From: Polyangiaceae bacterium
GTDB lineage: Bacteria > Myxococcota_A > Polyangia > Polyangiales > Polyangiaceae
DNA: 64,000 nt
Assembly: GCA_044376115.1 (NCBI GenBank)
Contig: JBILLK010000015.1
Location: forward strand, 1-64,000
Direction: 5' to 3'
Both the position numbers and the translations under genes were made by a program. The notes below the pieces were generated by a model that saw nothing but the letters and a program-made list of their open reading frames with translations, was not told where the DNA came from and made no database searches. Of the stretch, positions 52,588 to 60,799 are shown one piece after another (the first letter of the stretch is position 1; every line of letters begins with the position of its first letter).

Positions 52588-54837
52588 ATGACTGCTTGGA
52601 AAGAACGGCTCTCCACGTCTCTTCCTGAGAACCTCGGCCGAGAGATCGACATCTTCGAGACCGAGATTGATCTGCGACGGCGCGGCAAGCTCGAGGAGAA
52701 GCTATTTGCTGAGACCCGCCTTCGTCGCGGTGTCTATGGTCAGCGCTACGACAACGGGCAGCGGCATGACGGGGAGGCGCAACAGCAGCTCAGTTACCCT
52801 TCTGGCGAGCTGACGAAGGGACCGCAAACCCTGTGGGACGCCCCAGGGATGCAACGGGTCAAGCTGCCCTACGGCAAGGTGACGATCGAGCAGCTCGAGG
52901 TGTTAGCCGAGTGCGCAGAGGAATACTCGGACGCGATCTTGCACGTAACGACGCGGCAGGACATCCAACTGCACTTCGTTCACATCGAGGACACTCCCGA
53001 CATGATGCGGCGCCTCGGCGCTGTAGGCGTAACGACGCGTGAAGCCTGCGGCAACTCCGTGCGCAACATCACGGCCTGTCCGTACGCCGGCGTTTGCAAC
53101 GATGAGTCCTTTGACGTCGCCCCCTATGCCCACGCGGCAACCTATTTTCTGATGGGCCACGACGATACGCAGGACTTCGGGCGGAAGTTCAAGATCGCCT
53201 TCTCAGGCTGCGCCGACCACGCCTGCGGGCTCACCAGCTTCCATGATATTGGCTGCGTTGCACGTATTCGAGAGGTGGACGGGCGCAAGCAACGCGGCTT
53301 TGCTTTCTACGTCGGTGGCGGCCTGGGCAGCGTGCCTCATGCGGCCAAACTGCTGGAAGAGTTCGTCCCTGAGGAAGAGCTTTTGCCGATGATGCAGGCG
53401 GTCTGCAGGCTCTTTACCAAGTACGGTGAACGAGAGAATCGAGCGCGCGCTCGGCTCAAGTTCGTAATCAAGAAGCTCGGTATCGAAGAGTTCGCTCGAC
53501 TCGCGCGAGAAGAGCGCCTCAAGCTGAAGGCGGACCCACGCGCCACGGCGTACCTCGCGGATCTGACGACTACCGATGAGAAGCCGATCGCCGCAGCTGC
53601 GCGACCGCTGGTGGCTGAGAGCGATGCCTATCGAGCGTGGGCCAAGACCAACCTGCGGCCGCAAGCCCAGCAAGGCTACTCGGTGGCCACGGTCACGCTC
53701 CCACTCGGTGACCTAACAAGCTATCAAGCCCGGAAACTAGCCGAGATCGCCGGTGAGCTAACCGGCGACACCATGCGCACCACGGTTGAGCAGAACCTTT
53801 GTTTGCGCTGGTTGCGCAATGAATACGCACCAGAGTTCTTTCAGCGGCTTCAAGCCATTGGCTTGGCCGAGGGCGGAGCCAGCACCATAACGGACATCAC
53901 GTCTTGCCCAGGGACTGACACCTGCAAGCTTGGAATCTCGTCTTCGCGTGGATTGGCCGGCGAGCTGCGTAAGCGACTAACGGTCATTCAAGACCAACTT
54001 GCTCCTGAGGCGCGCGCGCTGCACATCAAGACCAGCGGCTGCTTCAACTCGTGCGGCCAGCATCACGTCGCCGACCTGGGCTTTTTGGGCGTCAGCCGCA
54101 ATGTCAGCGGGCGGCGCGTACCGCACTTCCAGGTGGTGGTTGGCGGCCAATGGGAAGCCAACGGCGGGGCCTTCGGCCTAGCGATCGGCGCGATACCGTC
54201 GAAGAACGTACCGGAGATGGTCAAGCGGTTGACCGCTCGCTTCGTCGCCGAGCGACAGCCCGCAGAGTCCTTCACCAACTTTGTTCAGCGAATTGGCAAG
54301 AAGGAGATTCGCACGATGGTCGAGGCGCTAGCCGAAACGCCAGCCTACGAAGCTGACCGCAGCTTCTATTCGGACTGGGGCGACCCCCGCGAATACACGA
54401 TCGGCGATATGGGCGTCGGCGAGTGTGCCGGTGAAGTCGTACCGTTCGTGATCATGGCACTTGCTGCTGCCGAGCGGGAGGTGTTCGAGGCTCAGCTTCT
54501 CCTCGATCAGGGGAACGCCAAAGACGCGTCGCAACGTGCCTACCGAGCCATGCTAACGGCTGCGCGCGCGCTTGCTCGTGACAGGCTCCCGGATCTCGGG
54601 GAGGCTGCCGACGAGATCGTAGAGTCGTTCCGCACGGAGCTCGTGGACTCCAAGCTATTTCTCGACCCGTTTGCCGGCGCCAAGTTTGCCCACTACCTGT
54701 TCAAGGCCCATAGGGACGGGGATGAGTCCTCTGCCGAGGCAGCCCACCAACGCATCGAAGAGGCGCAGCTGTTCGTTGATGTCTCGTATCAGTGCTACGA
54801 GCGAATGGTGCAAGCCCGGGCGCAAGCGGCCTCTTAG
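52588..54837 (+). CDS. Siroheme nitrite/sulfite reductase with C-terminal helical (HEPN-like) extension
   Basis: GVYGQR, TTRQDIQLH, RKFKIAFSGC, and the 4Fe-4S/siroheme ligands CPGTDTC and GCFNSCG. Confidence 0.92.
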   Translation: MTAWKERLSTSLPENLGREIDIFETEIDLRRRGKLEEKLFAETRLRRGVYGQRYDNGQRHDGEAQQQLSYPSGELTKGPQTLWDAPGMQRVKLPYGKVTIEQLEVLAECAEEYSDAILHVTTRQDIQLHFVHIEDTPDMMRRLGAVGVTTREACGNSVRNITACPYAGVCNDESFDVAPYAHAATYFLMGHDDTQDFGRKFKIAFSGCADHACGLTSFHDIGCVARIREVDGRKQRGFAFYVGGGLGSVPHAAKLLEEFVPEEELLPMMQAVCRLFTKYGERENRARARLKFVIKKLGIEEFARLAREERLKLKADPRATAYLADLTTTDEKPIAAAARPLVAESDAYRAWAKTNLRPQAQQGYSVATVTLPLGDLTSYQARKLAEIAGELTGDTMRTTVEQNLCLRWLRNEYAPEFFQRLQAIGLAEGGASTITDITSCPGTDTCKLGISSSRGLAGELRKRLTVIQDQLAPEARALHIKTSGCFNSCGQHHVADLGFLGVSRNVSGRRVPHFQVVVGGQWEANGGAFGLAIGAIPSKNVPEMVKRLTARFVAERQPAESFTNFVQRIGKKEIRTMVEALAETPAYEADRSFYSDWGDPREYTIGDMGVGECAGEVVPFVIMALAAAEREVFEAQLLLDQGNAKDASQRAYRAMLTAARALARDRLPDLGEAADEIVESFRTELVDSKLFLDPFAGAKFAHYLFKAHRDGDESSAEAAHQRIEEAQLFVDVSYQCYERMVQARAQAAS

Positions 54838-54844
54838 GACATAT

Positions 54845-55375
54845 ATGCTCAGCTCGCGAATCGCTCTCAAAGTTTACATTAATGGCGTTGCACCTGAGCT
54901 CCCCCGAGTTCTAGAGGCATTCCACGGCTGGATCCGGGAGAAGAAGCTTCCCGAGACGCTGATCGACGTTGTGGACTACAGCCACGTTCACCACGGGCCG
55001 GCCGTGCTTCTGATCGGTCATGAATCGGATTACGCCCTCGACCTTTCGGAAGGGAGAGCTGGACTCTCGTATCAGCGCAAGCGCGCCCCGGAAGCGTCGC
55101 CCGGGCCGCTTAGCGATAGTTTGAAGCGGGTCCTACGAGCGGTGGAACTGCTCGAGCAAACGCCCAGCCTTACGCCGCTGCAGTTCAGTCGAAGTGAGTT
55201 CAAGCTCTCACTCCTCGATCGGCTGAATGCTCCGAACACGTCGGAAACGCGAGCGGCGTGCGAGGCGGAGGTGCTGAAGAGCTTTGCAGAGTTGGGGGCC
55301 TTCCAGGTGGAGCAAGAGGGGATCGGCAGCAAGGAGCCCTTTACGCTGCGCCTGCGTGTCGCTGAGCAGAACTGA
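54845..55375 (+). CDS. Hypothetical protein
   Basis: Starts 7 bp after the reductase stop; contains FHGWI..LIDVVDYSHVHHGPAVLLIGHE. Confidence 0.75.
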   Translation: MLSSRIALKVYINGVAPELPRVLEAFHGWIREKKLPETLIDVVDYSHVHHGPAVLLIGHESDYALDLSEGRAGLSYQRKRAPEASPGPLSDSLKRVLRAVELLEQTPSLTPLQFSRSEFKLSLLDRLNAPNTSETRAACEAEVLKSFAELGAFQVEQEGIGSKEPFTLRLRVAEQN

Positions 55376-55436
55376 GCGCGCTCCTTCTCGAATGCAGCGA
55401 GCTGCCTCTGCCAAGCGGTGCTAGAAGCGTTCTCTG

Positions 55437-56123
55437 ATGGCACGGCAAAACCTAGGAAGGCTACTTGGAGCTCTACTTCTCGTCACTGCCTGCAAGGCTG
55501 GCGGCCTCCCTGACGACGCAAAAACCACTGTCTTATCCTTCACCGAGCTGGACTGCGCAGAGTGCGGTGAATCCATGGCCAAAGCACTGATCGCCGAGGA
55601 TGGGGTGTTCAAGACCGCCTTCAACCAGCGCAAAGCTGAGCTTACGGTGGTGGCGGAGGCGTCCGTCGATGTGTTGGCGCTCGCCGAGAAGAGTAAGCCG
55701 AAGGACGAGGAGTGGAACCTGGTCGCCGGTGCCGGCAAGGGCGCCTACATTGACTGGGCGGCCCCCGCAGCCGGAATGGATGTAAAGCAGGTCGCCACCG
55801 ACGGGGAGGACGTTCCGGACCTCAAACCCCACCTGGCAGCTGGGAAGGTCACCATCGTGGACTTCTCCGCCAAGTGGTGCGAGCCGTGCCGCAACTTGGA
55901 TACGGCCGTGCTCAAGCTGATGGAGAGCAAGCCCGGCGTCGCCTATCGCAAGCTCGATGTTGGGGACTGGGATACACCATTAGCGGCGCGCTATCTCAAA
56001 GGGGCAAGCGTGCTGCCGCACGTTCTGGTTTTCGATCAGAAGGGTGACCAAGTCGCGACGGTCTCAGGATTCGATTTGCCCAAGCTCGAGGCGGCCTTGA
56101 CCAAGGCCGAACAGGCGAAATGA
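55437..56123 (+). CDS. Lipoprotein with HMA-like (DCAEC) domain fused to thioredoxin (WCEPC)
   Basis: LVTAC lipobox, ELDCAECGESMAKAL...GV, and VDFSAKWCEPC with the cis-Pro region VLPHV. Confidence 0.85.
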   Translation: MARQNLGRLLGALLLVTACKAGGLPDDAKTTVLSFTELDCAECGESMAKALIAEDGVFKTAFNQRKAELTVVAEASVDVLALAEKSKPKDEEWNLVAGAGKGAYIDWAAPAAGMDVKQVATDGEDVPDLKPHLAAGKVTIVDFSAKWCEPCRNLDTAVLKLMESKPGVAYRKLDVGDWDTPLAARYLKGASVLPHVLVFDQKGDQVATVSGFDLPKLEAALTKAEQAK

Positions 56124-57232
56124 GGAGGCTTACTCCATTGGCCCTGCTCGTGATTGCCGCGGCCTGGCCGAGGGCGCTCTTCGCCGAGGCCTGAGGGGCC
56201 TGAACCAATCCCAACCTGCCGGTCGGCGGGTCGAGCAACCTTCCTATCGTTCCAGGACAGCTGGCCCTGCGGCTTGAGCAGTCGTTCGCGCCTATGTCGG
56301 TATCGCATGTCGCGGAGTGTCCGGACTTGGGGCCAGAGTGTTTCGGCGGTGGGGCCCCGCCCACGCCCTACAACCACCACGTTGACCAACTCATGGCGGA
56401 GACGGTCTTCGACCTATCGCTCGGTCTCAGCGAGTGGTTCGCCATCGACGCGCGCTGGTCCCTTCGCGTTGCTGACGTCAATCCGACCTATAGCGAATTG
56501 GACGGTACACCCAAGCTCGTCCCCAATGACATCCACCATCACGACGAGACGCTCGTGGATCCGACGGACCCGTGGCTCGTAGCAAGGCTCGCCGCAAGCC
56601 GAGACAACGTCTTTACGATGATGAGGCTTGGCTTCTCTTTTCCCGTAGGCCGCACCGAACCAGACCCCTACGTGCTTGGACGAGAGGGCAAAAGCCATGA
56701 GCACCTGCAAGCTGGAACTGGGACCGTCGTTCCGATCATCGGAGTTGGGCTTTCGCTGCGCCTCGCCGAAGATACCAGCACGCCCGTCACGCTTGCGCTG
56801 TCCGGTACGGGTTTACTCAATGTGTACGAGAACGATGAAGGCTTCCGCGCGCCTTCGCGGCTATACGCCAATCAACGGGTTAGTGTGGCCTTTCTTGATG
56901 GCCAATTGAATCCCTTCGTAGAAGGCACCTTCGCTCACGAAACCGAGGAGTATTGGCAAGGAGAGGTTGGCCTCGAGGGCACCAACGTGCGCTCCGAGGT
57001 CTACGTGGGTGGGGGGCTTGCTTGGCGCTTCGCCGAGCAGTGGTCGGTCGATGCGGCCGCTCGGGTGCGGATAGCCACGCTAACCCACGCGCCGACCTTC
57101 ACGAACTATGGCGTCTTCTCCCTGGGCCTCTCAACGCGATTCTCACTTTGGGGTGGGGAGGGCACTACGGAGCCAGAACCAGCGATCCGTGAGCGTAGGG
57201 ACAACGGCGAAACAGTGTTCGAGAAGCAATAG
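56120..57232 (+). CDS. Predicted di-selenoprotein (UxxU) outer-membrane beta-barrel/transporter-like protein, 370 aa
   Basis: ATGA-coupled start and a 24-aa signal peptide ending AEA. In-frame TGA codons at 56192 and 56201 are followed by an open frame continuous with ORF 56294..57232 and a SECIS-like hairpin. Confidence 0.8.
56214..56231 (+). promoter_or_regulatory. Bacterial SECIS-like stem-loop
   Basis: ACCTGCC-GGTC-GGCGGGT: 7-bp stem with a G-initiated loop, 17 nt after the second TGA and 26 nt after the first. Confidence 0.7.
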
Positions 57233-58618
57233 TCAGTCTGACGCCGCTACTACCTGAGTATCAATGCCAAGCCGTTCTAGGGCCGCGTGAGCCGCGCGCA
57301 CGCGCAAGTGCGTGCCCTCGTCATCATGCCGCTCAGACAAGACAGTAGCCTCCGCGTGGATGTGGTGGATCCGGGCGTGCTCCGCGTAAGGCACAAATAC
57401 TTCAGCCTCCTCGAAGGCTCCGTCAAAGTGCTCAACGATAGCGTCCCTTACTTTGAGCACGTCTTCCGGGTCTCGAGTCGAGATCCAAAGCACCCGATCG
57501 GAGACCTCCGCACGGACCTCACGATCGATCCGCGCCACCTCTTCCTCTGTCAATTTATCGCGTTTATTGAGCACGATCGTCGAGGCCATCTCGGTAGCGC
57601 CGATCTCCCGCAACACCGACTGCGTCACCTCCAGCTGGGCGCGGAAGGTCGGGTCGGCTGCGTCCACCACAAACAGCAGTAGGGAAGCCTCGAGCGCTTC
57701 ATCCAAGGTCGAGCGAAACGAGGCGACAAGCTCATGGGGAAGCTTCTTGATGAAACCGACGGTATCGCTCACCAGAATGCGTGGGTTCGTCTCCGGACGC
57801 AGCGCGCGTACGGTGGTATCGAGGGTCGCAAATAGCTTATCGGCGACGTAAACCTCACTACCCGTTAAGGCACGCATGAGCGAGGACTTGCCGGCGTTGG
57901 TATAGCCCACGAGCGCAACGCGTCGCTGCTCTTTGCGCGCTGCGCGCCGCGTGGCTTGCTCGGTGCGGATTGCTTCAATCTCGCGCTTGAGTTCGGAGAT
58001 GCGGTCACGAATACGCCGCTTATCAAGCTCGAGCGCGCTCTCACCGGCTCCCTTACCACCTATTCCACCGCGCTGACGGTCACGCCCAGCGCCCGCCTCC
58101 CGCAGCCGTGGGGCGACGTACGTGAGCCGCGCGATCTCGACCTGCAACCTGGCTTCACGACTCTTGGCGTGCCGATGAAAGATCTCGACGATGACCTGCG
58201 TGCGATCGAGCACTTCTTTGCCGGTCGCTCGTTCGAGATTGCGTTGTTCGCTCGGCGAGAGCTCCAGGTCCACCACGACCACATCGGCGATTGGCTCACG
58301 CCCCTCGCCGATAGCTGCCGCCTCGAAAGGCTCATCCTCTTCGTCGTCCTCCCCCTCGCCCGAAGCTCGGCCTTGAATGGGGACGTCCGCTACACCGGTG
58401 CCGCCAGTCAGCGCAGCAAGCTCTTTCAGTTTGCCAACGCCCAAGATGGTGCCCGAGCGCGGATGGGCTCGCTTTTGATTGACCGTGGCGACAGGAATCA
58501 AGCCAAGCGTCGTCGTGAGGCGCGAAAGTTCTTCGACGTTTTCACGCTGCTCGAGATCGGACACATGCGGCGGCTGAATCGTAACGAGAATGGCGCGCTT
58601 GGTTTCGGGCTCAGTCAT
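57233..58618 (-). CDS. hflX: GTPase HflX
   Basis: GYTNAGKS, LFATLDTT, DTVGFI and NKRD. Confidence 0.95.
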   Translation of the reverse strand: MTEPETKRAILVTIQPPHVSDLEQRENVEELSRLTTTLGLIPVATVNQKRAHPRSGTILGVGKLKELAALTGGTGVADVPIQGRASGEGEDDEEDEPFEAAAIGEGREPIADVVVVDLELSPSEQRNLERATGKEVLDRTQVIVEIFHRHAKSREARLQVEIARLTYVAPRLREAGAGRDRQRGGIGGKGAGESALELDKRRIRDRISELKREIEAIRTEQATRRAARKEQRRVALVGYTNAGKSSLMRALTGSEVYVADKLFATLDTTVRALRPETNPRILVSDTVGFIKKLPHELVASFRSTLDEALEASLLLFVVDAADPTFRAQLEVTQSVLREIGATEMASTIVLNKRDKLTEEEVARIDREVRAEVSDRVLWISTRDPEDVLKVRDAIVEHFDGAFEEAEVFVPYAEHARIHHIHAEATVLSERHDDEGTHLRVRAAHAALERLGIDTQVVAASD

Positions 58619-58719
58619 GGGTGCTGCACACTACCCGAGCCGCAGGACTCGCGCTTGTCTCAACCGCTCGCGGTACGAGAGTTTCGGCGCGGACCACAAT
58701 CGCGTTAACGTCGAAGACG

Positions 58720-59160
58720 ATGAAGCTATCGGCTTTCGGGTTGAGCTTGCTGCTGGTGGGGCTCCTCAACTGCTCCTCTCGCCCCACCGCTCGCGCCCCC
58801 GAGCAGGAAGCGCAAGCGACCGCGGGGAAAGGTGAAAGCTACGCGGTGGGCCCTGAGCCCAGCGCGGAGGAGTTGTTAGCGGAGCTCGAGCGCGCCGAGG
58901 CTGAGCTCGCAGGGATTGGAGTTCCCGCTGTTGCACCGTCCGCCGCAGGCGCGCCAACCCCTGCGGCTCCAATGCAAGCCCCGGCCACAACTGGCTGCGA
59001 GCGGAGCTGCTCGGCCTTCGCGTCGATGAAGCGGGCCAGCACGGCTCTTTGCCGACTTGCAGGTTCTGAAGATCCGCGCTGCAGCCTTGCGAACGAAAAG
59101 GTCTCCCGAGCATCACTCCGGTTGCAACAGGCCAACTGCCAATGTGTTCCAACGCCCTAA
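58720..59160 (+). CDS. Small Cys-containing lipoprotein
   Basis: MKLSAFGLSLLLVGLLNC signal and a C-terminal CERSC..LC..RC..CQC pattern. Confidence 0.7.
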   Translation: MKLSAFGLSLLLVGLLNCSSRPTARAPEQEAQATAGKGESYAVGPEPSAEELLAELERAEAELAGIGVPAVAPSAAGAPTPAAPMQAPATTGCERSCSAFASMKRASTALCRLAGSEDPRCSLANEKVSRASLRLQQANCQCVPTP

Positions 59161-59230
59161 CAGACCCAAACGACCAACGACCAGCGCACGATCCCTGGCG
59201 CCCAGGGCTGAACTCACTACACTCGCCGGT

Positions 59231-60799
59231 ATGTTCCGACGTGACGTCCTTCATTTTGGTGCAGCGGTTGGTGCGGCCACCTTGGCGGCCTGCAACCCCT
59301 CAATCAGTTCGGTCCTGAACTCGCCGCCGCTAGTAGGCGGAGGAGCACCACCGCGAGGGCCCGCACAGATTGTTTACTTCGCGCAGTTCGGCGTGACCGA
59401 GGCCATGATTCGCGAGGCGATATCGACCGCGCTAGCCAAGGGTGGAGACTACGCTGACGTGTTCTTTCAGCATCGTGTTTCCCGCACGATGGCGCTCGAA
59501 GATGGCGAGGTAAACCGCGCGTACGCCTCTGTCGATCTTGGGGTTGGCGTGAGAGTCGTGAAGGGAGACCAGACCGGCTATGGCTATACCGAGGAACTTA
59601 CGGCGGACGCATTGAAGCGGGCCGCAGCGACGGCTGCAGCGATCGCTGACGGTCCTTCGCGAGAGGCGCCGCAGAGCTTCCGCGCAGACCCAGGCACGCA
59701 CGCAGCGTTTCCCTCTCGCTATGCGCTAACGCGCTCGTGGAACGACGTGAAACCCGAGGAGCGGCTTCCCTTTCTGACTCGCCTGAACGAACGCGCCTTC
59801 AAAGCGGACGCCCGGATCAAGAAGGTCACGACGGGCATGTCGGATGAGTTCGGCGCAGTGCTGATCGCCGACTCCAGCGGGCGACTCATTGAAGATACCC
59901 AGCCGATGACGCAGCTCTGGCTCTCATGCGTAGGTGAGCAGAACGGCGTACGCGAGCAAAACTCGTACAACATCGCGGGGCGCGAGGACATCGGGTTCTA
60001 CTCGGAGGAGCGGCTCGACCGCATGGTGCGAGAGGCTATCGCTCGCACCGTCATCCTGTTTGATGCCGTGCAAGCCCCCGCCGGCGAGCTACCGATCGTG
60101 ATGGCAGCAGGGTCCTCTGGGATCTTGCTCCATGAGGCGATCGGACACGGGATGGAGGCCGACTTCAATCGCAAGAACACGTCGATCTTCTCCGACAAGA
60201 TCGGCAAACCTGTTGCTCAACCGTTCGTCAATATCGTTGACGATGGGACGATCGACCGAGCCCGTGGCTCCATCAACGTCGATGATGAAGGCAACATCGC
60301 CGACAAGACGATGCTCGTCGAGGGCGGCACGTTAGCCACCTATCTGCACGACTCGATCTCGGCCAAACATTATGGCGTAAAGCCGACGGGCAGCGGGCGC
60401 AGAGAGAGCTTCCGACACGTGCCGATGCCGCGCATGCGCTCCACCTATATGTTGAATGGGCCGCACAAAAAGGACGAGATCATCGCCAGCGTCAAGAAGG
60501 GTATCTACTGCACGAACTTCTCCAATGGCCAAGTGAAGATCGGCCCCGGCGACTTCACCTTCTATGTCAAGAACGGCTACATGATTGAAGACGGCAAGCT
60601 AACGCGCCCAATCAAGGACGTTAACATCATTGGCAATGGCCCCAAGGTATTGGAGCGCATCGACATGGTGGCCGACGATCTGACGATTGATGAAGGCGGC
60701 TGGACCTGCGGCAAGGACGGTCAGAGCGTCCCCGTAAGTCAAGGTATGCCCACGGTGCGCGTCAGCGCGATCACGGTTGGCGGGAGCAAGAAGTCATGA
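59231..60799 (+). CDS. tldD: TldD metalloprotease subunit with Tat/lipoprotein signal
   Basis: GVGVRV, HEAIGHGMEAD, DDEG, PRMRST and CGKDGQSVPV; N-terminus MFRRDVL...LAAC. Confidence 0.92.
   Translation: MFRRDVLHFGAAVGAATLAACNPSISSVLNSPPLVGGGAPPRGPAQIVYFAQFGVTEAMIREAISTALAKGGDYADVFFQHRVSRTMALEDGEVNRAYASVDLGVGVRVVKGDQTGYGYTEELTADALKRAAATAAAIADGPSREAPQSFRADPGTHAAFPSRYALTRSWNDVKPEERLPFLTRLNERAFKADARIKKVTTGMSDEFGAVLIADSSGRLIEDTQPMTQLWLSCVGEQNGVREQNSYNIAGREDIGFYSEERLDRMVREAIARTVILFDAVQAPAGELPIVMAAGSSGILLHEAIGHGMEADFNRKNTSIFSDKIGKPVAQPFVNIVDDGTIDRARGSINVDDEGNIADKTMLVEGGTLATYLHDSISAKHYGVKPTGSGRRESFRHVPMPRMRSTYMLNGPHKKDEIIASVKKGIYCTNFSNGQVKIGPGDFTFYVKNGYMIEDGKLTRPIKDVNIIGNGPKVLERIDMVADDLTIDEGGWTCGKDGQSVPVSQGMPTVRVSAITVGGSKKS

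Noticed and set aside
56192..56203. Pseudogene or genome-wide TGA reassignment as the explanation for the two TGAs
   Set aside because: Many genes here end in TGA, so there is no global recoding. The CxxC spacing, the SECIS-like hairpin and the otherwise intact frame disfavour pseudogenisation, though it is not formally excluded.
59057..59230. N-terminal extensions in the ORF track (tldD, gatB, nuoB, cobA, ABC1 kinase, PEGA protein and others)
   Set aside because: They overlap neighbouring genes and precede the family-typical N-termini, so downstream starts were chosen.
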